Shown one piece after another: positions 8,583 to 18,180 of a DNA stretch of 24,000 bases; the first letter of the stretch is position 1, and every line of letters begins with the position of its first letter. The notes beneath the pieces were generated by a model. The model saw only the letters and a program-made list of their open reading frames with translations. It did no database searches and was not told the DNA's origin. The position numbers and the translations under genes are program-made. The stretch comes from an uncultured Prevotellaceae bacterium (GTDB taxonomy: Bacteria > Bacteroidota > Bacteroidia > Bacteroidales > Muribaculaceae): the NCBI GenBank assembly GCA_946186575.1, contig CAMHNO010000002.1:126664-150663 (forward strand), given 5' to 3'.

Positions 8583-8621
8583 AGTCGTGTGAGGAATTAA
8601 TGATTTTAATGTCGGTTTTTA

Positions 8622-8673
8622 CAAGAAAAAAAGAAAGAGTTGAACCAGGCAACATGGTGCTATGTTCAACTCT
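8622..8673 (-). terminator. Rho-independent terminator after the TPR gene
   Basis: Perfect 10-bp stem AGAGTTGAAC (8636-8645) / GTTCAACTCT (8664-8673) with an 18-nt loop. On the minus strand it is followed by TTCTTTTTTTCTTG. Confidence 0.7.
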
Positions 8674-8731
8674 TTAACGTTGTGTTATTTTGTGTCTTTA
8701 TTATCCACTATCGAGCTGTTAAACCAATTTA

Positions 8732-9406
8732 TCACTTACCTAACAGCGTCTCAAGCTTAGCGATGCGAGCATTGAGCTGGTCATCCATCGGGCCTTGATA
8801 TTTCTCCTGCATCTCCTTGTAGATTGCAAGAGCTTCTTTATATTTCTTTTGGAACTCAAGCACACGGGCTTTTTTCTCCATGAAGACGGGAAGGTAATCG
8901 CGGTTGTCGCCAGCCAGTTTAATGGCCTCGTCATAGCTCGACAATGCTTTGTCATACTGCTTTTTGTTGGCATAGCAGTCGCCAAGCAGCGATTGCGATG
9001 CGGGACCCACGATGCGGCCCTTGGGCGAATAATCCTCAAGATAGTTGAGAGCCTTATCGTTTTTGCCCTGAGCATAAAGGATGGTTGCGGCTTTGAGCTT
9101 GGCAAGATTGCCAGCAGCGTTGCTATAGTTCTTTGCCACTTTCTCATAGCCCTTCAAGGCTGCGGTCGAGTCGTTCTTCATCATCAACTCGATATCGGCC
9201 TTCGACAGCTCCTCATTTGCCTTCTCAAGGTTTGGACCATAGATAAACTTAAAGTAGGCCCAAACAAGAATTGCTATGATCAAAACTGAGAGTACAATCC
9301 AGTAAATAAGGTTCTTGTGCTGCTCAAACTTTTGTTCAAATCCCGACAGCGAATCATTGATTTCTTCAAGCTTGGTGCGGGTTTCCTGTGTTTTCTTCTT
9401 TGCCAT
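8732..9406 (-). CDS. Membrane-anchored tetratricopeptide-repeat protein
   Basis: Single N-terminal TM (LIYWIVLSVLIIAILVWAYF) followed by TPR-like helices (KALNYLEDY, GDCYANKKQYDKALSSYDEAIKL, YKEALAIYKEMQEKY). Confidence 0.8.
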   Translation of the reverse strand: MAKKKTQETRTKLEEINDSLSGFEQKFEQHKNLIYWIVLSVLIIAILVWAYFKFIYGPNLEKANEELSKADIELMMKNDSTAALKGYEKVAKNYSNAAGNLAKLKAATILYAQGKNDKALNYLEDYSPKGRIVGPASQSLLGDCYANKKQYDKALSSYDEAIKLAGDNRDYLPVFMEKKARVLEFQKKYKEALAIYKEMQEKYQGPMDDQLNARIAKLETLLGK

Positions 9407-9457
9407 AATATGATGTCTAAAATCGTGTTTTTAATTTCGCTTTTATTTTTTGCGGTG

Positions 9458-9465
9458 CAAAAGTA
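9458..9465 (-). promoter_or_regulatory. -7 promoter box TACTTTTG (minus strand)
   Basis: Plus-strand CAAAAGTA, about 52 bp upstream of the ATG at 9406. Confidence 0.4.
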
Positions 9466-9634
9466 ATAGATATTTACCTAATTTAAAAGCAAATCGCAAA
9501 ATTAATTTCAAAAAACTCAATATTTTGCCCTTTTGAATAACCCAAAATGGTCTTTTTATTACTCACAAGAAATCGATTCATTGATGTTTTTATGTTTTCT
9601 GTTGAAATTCATTGCTCAGTACTATTATTAATCG

Positions 9635-9642
9635 TAACTTTG
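9635..9642 (+). promoter_or_regulatory. -7 promoter box TAACTTTG
   Basis: Exact TAnnTTTG match, 51 bp upstream of the histidine kinase ATG at 9693. Confidence 0.45.
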
Positions 9643-9692
9643 TAAAATAATGAAAAAACACACACATCACACTTAAACTTTTTTTCTTCGAA

Positions 9693-10901
9693 ATGTCGAA
9701 TAGCAAATTCAATAGAATAGAGTACTTGATATATGCAATATTATTGCTCATCATACTGCTGGGACCAACGCTGAGTACCCTGTTTCACGGCCACGAGGTC
9801 GAAGATGTGACTTTTCTAAAAAACGACCTGTGGCGCACATTCAAGGCTATAATAGTCTATGTCATAGCTCTCGCAATTCACGATGTGTGGATCGCGCCGC
9901 TGCTGGTATACAAGCACAAGCCTTGGCATTACATACTGGGAGTGGTGGTGCTGGGAGCTGTGTTCATGGTATACAAGTTCAACACAAGGCCAGCCGACGC
10001 GCCACCACCAGCAATCGTATTACAAGACAAGAGTCATGACGCTGCGGCTAAGCCTGCAGGGCCACCGGCATTGCCGCCCATGCAAGCCAAAAATGGAAAA
10101 ATCGACCGCGACCCCATCACGCCACCACCATTCCGCCGACACGACATTGTGGCCATTATAATGTTTATCTTCGGCATTGGCACCAACATTGGCATCAAGT
10201 TCTATTTCTACGCCATTGGGGCCAGGCGGCAGATGGAAAATCTCGAGAAAGAGAACCTCAAGCAGAGCCTTGAGCAGCTGCGATACCAGCTGCACCCACA
10301 CTTCTTCATGAACACGCTCAACAACATACACGCGCTGGTCGACATCGACCCAAAGAAGGCTCAAGAGTGCATCATCGACCTGTCGAAACTCATGCGTTAT
10401 GTGCTCTACGACAGCAATCATGACTATGTGCAGGCCTCACGCGAAATGGAGTTCATGGCCAACTATGTGAGCCTCACGCGCATACGCTACAGCGACAAGC
10501 TCAAGTTCACCGTCAATACGCCCGACGACGGCACACATGTGTGGATTCCACCACTGCTCTTCATCTCGTTTGTGGAGAATGCCTTCAAGCACGGGGTGAG
10601 CTTCAGCCAGGAGTCTTACATCACCATTGGCGGCAAAATCTATAATGACGACAATGGCGAGCCACGCATGTACTGGACTTGCCTCAACAGCAAGCGCACC
10701 ACCGGAGGCAACACAGGCAAGAAGAAGGTGAGCGAGGCAAGCGGCATAGGTCTTGCCAACGTGCGCCAGCGCCTTGACCTGATGTTCGGCAAGAACTACA
10801 GCCTCACCATCACCGATGGCGACCAGGAATTCCTCGTTGAAATGGACATCCCTGTCAAGACAAGCGACCCCACACTGCCAAGTGATGACAATAAAAAATA
10901 G
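9693..10901 (+). CDS. Sensor histidine kinase, LytS/YehU type
   Basis: N-terminal TM helices and a Pro/Ala-rich linker, followed by the His_kinase signature LRYQLHPHFFMNTLNNIHALV and an ATPase region (FVENAFKHG, GIGLANVRQRL). Confidence 0.9.
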   Translation: MSNSKFNRIEYLIYAILLLIILLGPTLSTLFHGHEVEDVTFLKNDLWRTFKAIIVYVIALAIHDVWIAPLLVYKHKPWHYILGVVVLGAVFMVYKFNTRPADAPPPAIVLQDKSHDAAAKPAGPPALPPMQAKNGKIDRDPITPPPFRRHDIVAIIMFIFGIGTNIGIKFYFYAIGARRQMENLEKENLKQSLEQLRYQLHPHFFMNTLNNIHALVDIDPKKAQECIIDLSKLMRYVLYDSNHDYVQASREMEFMANYVSLTRIRYSDKLKFTVNTPDDGTHVWIPPLLFISFVENAFKHGVSFSQESYITIGGKIYNDDNGEPRMYWTCLNSKRTTGGNTGKKKVSEASGIGLANVRQRLDLMFGKNYSLTITDGDQEFLVEMDIPVKTSDPTLPSDDNKK

Positions 10902-10967
10902 TTCGTTAAATGATAAAATTATATTGTAACACACCTAAACATATTAACAGATTAACATTCCTATGAT

Positions 10968-11693
10968 ATGATACGATGCATGATTATCGACGATGAGCCA
11001 CTGGCTCTGCAGCAAATGGAAGGCTACGTCAAGAAAATTCCCTATCTCGAACTGGTGGCAGCTTGTCACACAGCCATCGAAGCACATGAAATATTAGAAA
11101 ACGACAAGATTGATGCCATATTTTGCGACATCAACTTGCCAGAGCTCAACGGACTCGACTTCGTGAAGTCGCTCGAAAACCCTCCAATGGTGGTCTTCAC
11201 AACGGCCTACAGCGAGTATGCAGTCGAGGGATTCCAACTCAATGCCATCGACTATCTGCTCAAGCCATTTGGATTCGACGACATGAAGCGAGCAAGCGAC
11301 AAAATCAAAGCACGCTTCGACGCCTTGCGCACCCTGCAAGAAGTGAGCCAAATCGACGAGGACGACGCCATCTTCTTAAAGACAGAGTACAAAATTGTGC
11401 GCATCAACATTGGCGATATCCACTATGTTGAAGCCATGAGCGAGTATCTGCGCATCTACCTCACTGGCAACCCCAAGCCTGTGATTGTGCTGCTGAGCAT
11501 GAAGAAGATGGAAGAGAGACTTCCAAGCCGTAGCTTCATGAGAGTGCATCGCTCCTACATCATCAACCTCAAGAAAATCAAGGAAGTGAGCAAGAGCCGC
11601 ATCATGCTTGTCGACGATGTGGAAATCCCCATTGGCGATAGCTATCGCGACCAGTTCAACGCCTACATCAACAGTAAGTTCCTCACCAAGTGA
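10968..11693 (+). CDS. LytTR-family response regulator
   Basis: Receiver domain (MIIDDEPLAL, DAIFCDINLPELNG, DYLLKPF) plus a LytTR DNA-binding domain (IHYVEAMSEYLRIYL, FMRVHRSYIINLKKI). It follows the kinase by 66 bp. Confidence 0.92.
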   Translation: MIRCMIIDDEPLALQQMEGYVKKIPYLELVAACHTAIEAHEILENDKIDAIFCDINLPELNGLDFVKSLENPPMVVFTTAYSEYAVEGFQLNAIDYLLKPFGFDDMKRASDKIKARFDALRTLQEVSQIDEDDAIFLKTEYKIVRINIGDIHYVEAMSEYLRIYLTGNPKPVIVLLSMKKMEERLPSRSFMRVHRSYIINLKKIKEVSKSRIMLVDDVEIPIGDSYRDQFNAYINSKFLTK

Positions 11694-11733
11694 GGCACAC
11701 TCTAACAGCACTTCAACGCAACACACAAAGCCA

Positions 11734-11790
11734 TAAAAAAAGGGTCTACAATACCACACGCGATATTGTAGACCCTCTTTACCGTTTTTA
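11734..11790. terminator. Bidirectional rho-independent terminator between convergent genes
   Basis: Perfect 13-bp stem AGGGTCTACAATA (11741-11753) / TATTGTAGACCCT (11764-11776) with a 10-nt loop. An A-run lies upstream and a T-rich tract downstream. Confidence 0.75.
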
Positions 11791-11804
11791 TGTGTTAGTA
11801 TATA

Positions 11805-12671
11805 TCAATTAATCTTGTAGGTGAGCGTGCCTGTGCGCTCCACGTTGGTGTTCTTAGGAACACGGAAGCGCGACTTGTGGGCAAGGTTCAAGCAGATGTT
11901 GCAGGCACGCTGGTTGGAGCGCAACGAACCTCCTGTCACGTTGGCGCGAATCACACTGCCGGTAGGACTCACCGTCACCCTTATCACTACTGTGCCAGGG
12001 CCTGGACAAGTCGAGGTGGGAAAATGCTCCAAGGTGTAGCCATCAAGGCCACTCACGCCAGGCCTGCCCACAGCCTTCTCGCCAGCTGTGCCGCTGGGCG
12101 AACCTTGGGCTCCCTGGCCGTTGCCGTTCTTCTTGCCAAAGGCGTTAGAAACCCTGCTGCTCGCTGCACTGGGCGATGGTGTGGATCGCGTGCTCGACGA
12201 GGCTTGCTCGCGTGCCGGTCCCTGTTTTTGAGGCTTGGTGGCGGGAGCATTAGTCTTTGCTTGAGCCTGAGGCTTCTTGGGAGGCTGCTGCTGCACTTGC
12301 ATGGGCGACTGACGCTGGGTGGTCACCTGCTGCTTGGGAGGCTCGTCGATAGTGCCCTGGTCGGTGAGGTCGTTCTGACCTGTGAGCTGCGGCTGGTCGT
12401 CGGCTGTGGCATCGCTCTGCTGCTGAGTCTGGTCGCCGTTGGGCGCAAGCTCGTCGCTGGCAATAGGCTCGAGCAAGTCGCCTAAGGCAATGTACTCCTC
12501 ACCGCCAAAGACGATGGAGTCTTGCAGCAGCTTGTCGGTGTCGTCGCTCTGCGACGCTTTCAGGTTATATCGCATGCTTGTGAACATGAGCAACTCCACG
12601 ATGCCCACACCCAGCAGCAATGTGATGATAGCCGCAAGCCATTTATAGTTTTTTTCTTTCTTCTCTGCCAT
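11805..12671 (-). CDS. TonB-like energy transducer
   Basis: N-terminal anchor WLAAIITLLLGVGIVELLMF, a long Q/P/K-rich low-complexity spacer, and a C-terminal TonB_C-like block GTVVIRVTVSPTGSVIRANV. Position after exbB-exbD supports the call. Confidence 0.75.
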   Translation of the reverse strand: MAEKKEKNYKWLAAIITLLLGVGIVELLMFTSMRYNLKASQSDDTDKLLQDSIVFGGEEYIALGDLLEPIASDELAPNGDQTQQQSDATADDQPQLTGQNDLTDQGTIDEPPKQQVTTQRQSPMQVQQQPPKKPQAQAKTNAPATKPQKQGPAREQASSSTRSTPSPSAASSRVSNAFGKKNGNGQGAQGSPSGTAGEKAVGRPGVSGLDGYTLEHFPTSTCPGPGTVVIRVTVSPTGSVIRANVTGGSLRSNQRACNICLNLAHKSRFRVPKNTNVERTGTLTYKIN

Positions 12672-12694
12672 CTAATCAAGGAATAAATGCTTCG

Positions 12695-13249
12695 TTAGTT
12701 GGTTGATGGTAACGCTTCTTGAGTGGGCTCCTGGATGTCGAGCTCCCCCGATGGTTGATCATTGTAATCCATGTCGCTGCCAGCCTGGTCATCATAGACG
12801 GGCTCGGGCTCGGGAGCGGCATATTCATCGTTGGCTGGTTTGGTGGCGAGCACAATCTTAATGCCCACCTTGGCGCCCTTGTCAAGGATGTCGACTATCT
12901 TGCCATAGGGCACGTCTTGGTCGGCATGAAGGGCGATGAACTGATTGGGGTCGCTGTTCTTCACAGCCTGCAGGAAGCCATAGAGCTGCTCATTGGGTAG
13001 GGGCTTGAGTTCGCCAGGGGTTATGGAGTCGCCCTGAGTGGCAAACATGTTCATATCCTTGTCGATGAAGATGCGTGTGGTGGGCTTGATAGCCGTCTGC
13101 TGACCGCTCTGTGGCAGGTTCACCTCCATTGCCGATGGAAAGACAAAGGTAGAAGTGACCATGAAGAAGATGAGCAGCAAGAATATAACGTCGGTCATCG
13201 AGGCCATGCTGAACATCGACAATGTCTTGTGTTGTCTCTTTAGTGCCAT
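12695..13249 (-). CDS. exbD: Biopolymer transport protein ExbD/TolR
   Basis: MASMTDVIFLLLIFFMVTSTF and the ExbD core, plus an acidic C-terminal tail. Confidence 0.9.
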   Translation of the reverse strand: MALKRQHKTLSMFSMASMTDVIFLLLIFFMVTSTFVFPSAMEVNLPQSGQQTAIKPTTRIFIDKDMNMFATQGDSITPGELKPLPNEQLYGFLQAVKNSDPNQFIALHADQDVPYGKIVDILDKGAKVGIKIVLATKPANDEYAAPEPEPVYDDQAGSDMDYNDQPSGELDIQEPTQEALPSTN

Positions 13250-13267
13250 AGTGTGATTGCTGGAATT

Positions 13268-14089
13268 TTACTTCTTCGACTTGGGAGTTGTCGATGCTGC
13301 ATTACTCGAGGCGGGTTTCACAAATACTGGACCAGGACTGTGGGCAGGCGCTGGCGCAGCTGCTGGTGCTGGTGTGAGAACAGGAGCTGGTGCAGGAGCA
13401 GGAGCTGGCTCGTTGAGCAGGTCCATAAACTCCATGGTGTTGCCCTCCAAGCGATTCATAATCTTGTTAACGCGCGAGGTGAGGTAGTTGTAGGCAAAGA
13501 GTGCCAAGATACCCACCACCAGACCTGCCACGGTGGTCATCAGGGCCTCGTAGATGCCGCTGGCAAGAATGCTGACGTTGCTGTTCTGACCAGCACTGGC
13601 AAGCGAGTAGAACGCCTGAACCATACCTGTCACGGTGCCCAGGAAGCCTATCATGGGGGCACCGGCAGCGGTGGTTGCCAGCCAGTTGAAGCCCTTCTCA
13701 AGGCGGGCAATCTCCATGTTGCCCACGTTCTCAATGGCCACGAGCACATCGTTCATGGGACGCCCTATGCGGCTCACACCTTTCTCTATCATGCGAGAGT
13801 AGGGGGTGTCGGTGTCCTTGCACAGCTGCTTGGCGTCTTCAATCTTGCCGGCCTGTATCAAGCTCCTGATTTGTTTTAGAAACTTTTTGTCGGTTCGGGT
13901 CACACGGCTGGTGGCAAAGAGTCGTTCAAAGAAGACATAGATGCTCACCAGCAGCAACAGTGCCAGCGGTATCATGAGCCAGCCACCCTTTAGGGTGAGG
14001 TCCCACACGGTTATCACGTTTTGCATAGCAGCGCTCTGAGCGCTTTGAGTAGCCGCCTGGGCCACTAATATCATGTTGAGTAATGCCAT
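13268..14089 (-). CDS. exbB: MotA/TolQ/ExbB proton-channel protein
   Basis: Typical ExbB TM core (APMIGFLGTVTGMVQAF, ALMTTVAGLVVGILA) and a C-terminal Pro-Ala repeat tail. Confidence 0.9.
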   Translation of the reverse strand: MALLNMILVAQAATQSAQSAAMQNVITVWDLTLKGGWLMIPLALLLLVSIYVFFERLFATSRVTRTDKKFLKQIRSLIQAGKIEDAKQLCKDTDTPYSRMIEKGVSRIGRPMNDVLVAIENVGNMEIARLEKGFNWLATTAAGAPMIGFLGTVTGMVQAFYSLASAGQNSNVSILASGIYEALMTTVAGLVVGILALFAYNYLTSRVNKIMNRLEGNTMEFMDLLNEPAPAPAPAPVLTPAPAAAPAPAHSPGPVFVKPASSNAASTTPKSKK

Positions 14090-14134
14090 GATGTTTCTTG
14101 TTTTTTTATTGTTTTGTGGTTATTAAATTCTTGA

Positions 14135-14854
14135 TTACTGGTTGCCGAGGCAATGCTGATAGGCGGCAATGGTCTTCTTAAGCCCCAAATAGAGAGCGTC
14201 GCTAATGAGTGCATGACCTATCGACACCTCGTCGAGATGTGGAATATTTTCCTTAAAATACCTGAGGTTGAGCAGGTTCAGGTCGTGACCCGCATTCAGC
14301 CCTAACCCTTCGCTGTGGGCCACCATCGCGGCCTTGTAGTAGGGCTCTATGGCCTTCTCGGGAGAGGTGCTATAGTTCTGGGCATAGGGGCCGGTGTAGA
14401 GTTCCACGCGGTCGGCGCCCACACTGGCGGCCTCGCGCACGCGCTCCTCTACAGCATCGACAAAGATGCTCACCCTGATGCCAGCCTCTTTGAGGCGCTC
14501 CACAATCTTGGTGAGAAACTCACGATTCTCGGCCACGGGCCACCCCTGCGACGAAGTGAGCACACCGGGAGCATCGGGCACGAGGGTAGCCTGGTGAGGC
14601 TTCACTTGGAGCACTATTTCCATGTAGCGCTCGTCGGGATAACCCTCGATGTTGAACTCTGTGTGAAGAGCTGGACGCAGCTCATAAACGTCGGCACGAG
14701 TGATGTGGCGCTCGTCGGGACGTGGATGAACGGTGATGCCATGAGCTCCAAACTTCTCACAATCGAGAGCCACTTGAAGCACATTGGGCAGATTGCCGCC
14801 ACGAGCATTACGCAACGTGGCAATTTTATTTATATTTACACTAAGGTTGGTCAT
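14135..14854 (-). CDS. pdxJ: Pyridoxine 5'-phosphate synthase
   Basis: [22 protein letters not shown]..., [13 protein letters not shown], and ELYTGPYA. Confidence 0.95.
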   Translation of the reverse strand: MTNLSVNINKIATLRNARGGNLPNVLQVALDCEKFGAHGITVHPRPDERHITRADVYELRPALHTEFNIEGYPDERYMEIVLQVKPHQATLVPDAPGVLTSSQGWPVAENREFLTKIVERLKEAGIRVSIFVDAVEERVREAASVGADRVELYTGPYAQNYSTSPEKAIEPYYKAAMVAHSEGLGLNAGHDLNLLNLRYFKENIPHLDEVSIGHALISDALYLGLKKTIAAYQHCLGNQ

Positions 14855-15089
14855 CTTTTTTTATTGCTTTGTCTATTTATAACGTGTTGTTTTCTCATAT
14901 TAGTGCCCCAATGTGAGCAAAAATTACTATATTTGCCCCCAATTAGGGGATTTACTACTCTAATATTAAAGCGCAAAAATAAAAGTTATTGGTGAGAAAT
15001 AAAAACAAAATAGCACTTTAAAAAGTTTTTTCAACGTTTTTCACACATTATTTTCCCAGGTTTCACTATCAACAAAACGTCTTCCCGCA

Positions 15090-15959
15090 ATGAAAATAGC
15101 ACTTTTTGGCAACAGCTATCAAGACAAGTACAAGGAGCAACTCAACGATTTCATTTCCTCAATCAGGCAGGACAACGACATCGTCATTGAGCAGAACTTC
15201 AACCGCTACCTCAGCAAGATTGGGGTCGACACTGGACGTGATGTGCACACATTCGACTCTGCCAGCTTCGGCGGCGCCGAGCTTGCCGTGAGCATTGGAG
15301 GCGACGGCACACTGCTGGCAATGGCGGCACTCATGGCGCGAACCGACACCCCCATCATGGGAATCAACACCGGCCACCTGGGATATCTTGCCGCATGCCG
15401 CCTGGGACAGGCACAAGATATGATACAGAGCGTGAAGGAGAAAAACTGCCGAATCGAGAAGCGAACCATGCTACAACTGGTGAGCATCGACGACAAGCCG
15501 TGCAACAACATTATCGCGCTCAACGAGATTGCCATCCTCAGGCAGGACACCACGTCGATGATTTCGATGCCCACTACCATCAACGGCACCATGCTCACAA
15601 CCTACAAGGGCGACGGCCTGGTCATCAGCACGCCCACCGGCTCCACCGCCTACAATATGAGCGCCGGTGGGCCCATCATCATGCCGCTCACCAGCTGCAT
15701 GGCACTCACTCCCATCTCGCCTCACTCGCTCACCATGAGGCCCATAGTGGTAGCCGACGACTCCGAAATTGTGGTCACCATCAACACCCGCGCCCAGTGG
15801 ATTCAGGTGAGTGTCGACGGCATGGCAATGACCTTGCCCAGCGGCAGCACAGTGAAAATTGCTCAGGCTCCCTACAAGCTGTCGGTCATCCAAAAACTTG
15901 ACCACAACTTTGCACAAACTCTGCGAGAAAAACTCCTGTGGGGCGCCGACCAGCGATAA
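15090..15959 (+). CDS. nadK: NAD kinase
   Basis: GGDGTLL motif, INTGHLGYL, GDGLVISTPTGSTAYNMSAGGPI. 289 aa. Confidence 0.95.
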   Translation: MKIALFGNSYQDKYKEQLNDFISSIRQDNDIVIEQNFNRYLSKIGVDTGRDVHTFDSASFGGAELAVSIGGDGTLLAMAALMARTDTPIMGINTGHLGYLAACRLGQAQDMIQSVKEKNCRIEKRTMLQLVSIDDKPCNNIIALNEIAILRQDTTSMISMPTTINGTMLTTYKGDGLVISTPTGSTAYNMSAGGPIIMPLTSCMALTPISPHSLTMRPIVVADDSEIVVTINTRAQWIQVSVDGMAMTLPSGSTVKIAQAPYKLSVIQKLDHNFAQTLREKLLWGADQR

Positions 15960-16040
15960 TCCAAAACAAAAAGTATCGCATAATCAAAATTCACTGCTTA
16001 GCACTTTTAAAAAATCTTAACACTAAGATAATGTAAGATA

Positions 16041-16955
16041 ATGATAGTTCCGCCTTTTCTTCAACCTGGCGACGGCGTAGCAATAATTTCGCCATCAGGT
16101 ACGGTACTGAGCGAGCGCGTGGATGGAGCCATTCAAGCCTTTGAGCAGTGGGGATTTGTGCCACTGCTGGGAAAACATGCACGAGACGAATATCACCTCT
16201 ATGAGGTCGTCACTCACAGCGCACCCTGGCAGCACCGCCTCGACGACCTGCGGTGGGCACTGCGCAATCCTCAGGTCAAGGCCATCTTGTGCAGCCGTGG
16301 CGGATTTGGTGCAGTGCACCTGCTCGAGCATCTCGACACAGACTACATCGCAAGCAACCCCAAGTGGATTGCTGGCTTCAGCGACATCTCGGCGCTGCAT
16401 GCCGCATGGCATCGCGCTGGTGTGGTGAGCATACATTCGTCAATGGCAAAGCACCTGTGGCTTAATGGCACCAGCGACCCACTCAGCCGCATCTGCTATG
16501 ACATCGTGACACGGGGCAAGCTGCCTCACTACCAGGTTCTCCCCCACCCTCACAACCGCTGTGGCACCGCCACGGCCACCATCACCGGAGGCAACCTGGC
16601 CGTGCTCATGGGGCTGCTGGCAACTCCATTCAACCTCATAAAGCCAGGCAACATCATCTTCATCGAGGACGTGGCCGAGCAAGTCTATCAAGTGCAACGG
16701 CAGCTATATCACCTGCGGCTGGCAGGCATCCTGCCGCAGCTCGCAGGACTCATCGTGGGTCAGTTCACCAAGCATCGTGGCGACGACACCACAGCCATGC
16801 ACGACATGATTGCCGACATGGTAGCACCCTACTCCTACCCCGTAGCGTTCAACTTCCCAATAGGCCACATCGTCCGCAACATCCCCATCGTGGAGGGCGC
16901 CATGGCAACATTAAACGTGAGCGACGCTGGAGCATCACTCACGTTCAATCTATAA
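16041..16955 (+). CDS. ldcA: LD-carboxypeptidase (peptidase S66, muramoyltetrapeptide carboxypeptidase-like)
   Basis: PGDGVAIISPSG, RGGFGAVHLL and GFSDISALH (nucleophile Ser context), with a C-terminal FPIGH block. Confidence 0.85.
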   Translation: MIVPPFLQPGDGVAIISPSGTVLSERVDGAIQAFEQWGFVPLLGKHARDEYHLYEVVTHSAPWQHRLDDLRWALRNPQVKAILCSRGGFGAVHLLEHLDTDYIASNPKWIAGFSDISALHAAWHRAGVVSIHSSMAKHLWLNGTSDPLSRICYDIVTRGKLPHYQVLPHPHNRCGTATATITGGNLAVLMGLLATPFNLIKPGNIIFIEDVAEQVYQVQRQLYHLRLAGILPQLAGLIVGQFTKHRGDDTTAMHDMIADMVAPYSYPVAFNFPIGHIVRNIPIVEGAMATLNVSDAGASLTFNL

Positions 16956-16997
16956 CCTTAACGGCCTGTTTATCATCAACCGTTATTTTTTATCACC

Positions 16998-17114
16998 TTA
17001 GAATTTATAGCTTGCTCCTACCGAGCCCAATGTCATAGCATTGATGTTCTTCTTGATTGTGAAGGCATTAAGTCCAACCTCGGCACTCACTGCCCAGTGA
17101 CGGGGTTTATAATC
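16998..17114 (-). pseudogene. Relic of the C-terminal strands of an outer-membrane beta-barrel gene
   Basis: Minus-strand translation DYKPRHWAVSAEVGLNAFTIKKNINAMTLGSVGASYKF* has the alternating pattern and terminal aromatic (YKF) of OMP C-termini. It is bounded upstream by an in-frame TGA and has no N-terminal part. Confidence 0.35.
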
Positions 17115-17232
17115 TCACAGGACTAACTAAAATTTTTTATGGTACAAAGGTATAAACAATTTGCTAATCCACAAATCATTAAAAATTATTAATTTTGATA
17201 GGGATGGAAAGAGGGTGCCAAACCATGCACTT

Positions 17233-17937
17233 TCACCGCACCACGGGCCACGCAAAGGTTTTGAGTTTCTTCTCAAGCTCTCGCTCGCGGCCCATCAGGT
17301 AGGTGTCGACGAGGGCATGAAACTGAGGCGAGTGGTTCATGTGAGTGAGATGGGCAAGCTCATGGCACACAATAAGTTCTATCAAGTCCGACGGCAAGAA
17401 CACTAGATTCTCCGAGAGCTGTATCACTCTGCCTGGAGTGCAGTGCCCCAACTTGCGCAACCCGCGCCCCATCTCAAAGCGTGTGGGAGCCACACCCACC
17501 CGCCGGGTGATGCTGCGGGCAAGCGGTAGCAGCACCTGAGCAGCACGGTCGTGAGCCACAACCTTTAGGGCCTTTGATATCCATTCCTTTGTTGCGAGAT
17601 TGTCGAGGTCGATGCCTCGGGGCACACTCACCACCACGTTGCTCTCGCCATGCGAGAAGATAATCTGGTTGGGCAAGCGGTCTTGCTCGGCAAGGCTGAT
17701 GGTAAAACCATAGCACTGAATCACTTGCCCCAATCTATAGGCGAGTGAGTCCTTGCCACGGGCTTTGCGCAGCTTGGGGCGCATGTCGTCAAGCACACGC
17801 TCAATGTCGGCACGCGACACACCCTCGGGCACCCTCATGCACAGGGTACCGCCCTTCCAGCGCATGGTCATGTTGCGCATGTTGCGCCGCACAGTGAGCA
17901 ACACCCTGCCAAATTCCTTATCTTCGATATAATACAC
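17233..17937 (-). CDS. M48/DUF45 (YgjP-like, SprT-like) metal-dependent hydrolase
   Basis: HEXXH in LIVCHELAHLTHMNHSPQFHALV. The N-terminus YIEDKEFGRVLLTVRRNMRNMTMRWKGG fits the family. The only possible full-length start is a GTG at 17937, because an in-frame TAA lies at 17941-17943. Confidence 0.85.
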   Translation of the reverse strand: MYYIEDKEFGRVLLTVRRNMRNMTMRWKGGTLCMRVPEGVSRADIERVLDDMRPKLRKARGKDSLAYRLGQVIQCYGFTISLAEQDRLPNQIIFSHGESNVVVSVPRGIDLDNLATKEWISKALKVVAHDRAAQVLLPLARSITRRVGVAPTRFEMGRGLRKLGHCTPGRVIQLSENLVFLPSDLIELIVCHELAHLTHMNHSPQFHALVDTYLMGRERELEKKLKTFAWPVVR

Positions 17938-17940
17938 TTT

Positions 17941-18150
17941 TTAAGTGTAAAGTGTTAAGTGTTAAGTAGTAAGTAGCAAGTAGCAAGTAGCAAGTAGTAA
18001 GGAGTAAGGAGCAAGTAGCAAGTAGCAAGTAGTAAGGAGTAAGGAGTAAGGAGTAAGGAGTAAGTAGCAAGTAGTAAGTAGCAAGTAGTAAGTAGTAAGT
18101 AGTAAGTAGTAAGTAGCAAGTAGTAAGGAGTAAGGAGTAAGGAGTAAGGA
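17941..18150. repeat. Heptamer tandem array, 30 units (4 head units TTAAGTG-like, then GTAAGTA / GCAAGTA / GTAAGGA)
   Basis: Parsed unit by unit from the sequence with no phase breaks over 210 bp. The plus strand carries TAA/TAG in all frames. The minus strand has no stop in any frame. Confidence 0.97.
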
Positions 18151-18180
18151 GAATTGGTCGCATGAAGACCGCTTGCGGCC

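Noticed and set aside
7566-8600. 344-aa plus-strand ORF spanning the octamer array and all of pyrH.
   Set aside because: It is antisense to an unmistakable UMP kinase gene. The protein is low-complexity (H/G/A/V-rich) with no recognisable motif. This is a typical shadow ORF in a GC-rich coding region.
17233-17937. The M48/DUF45 gene as a marker of a type I restriction-modification locus, since the two are often linked.
   Set aside because: No hsdR, hsdM or hsdS-like ORFs are present anywhere in the window.
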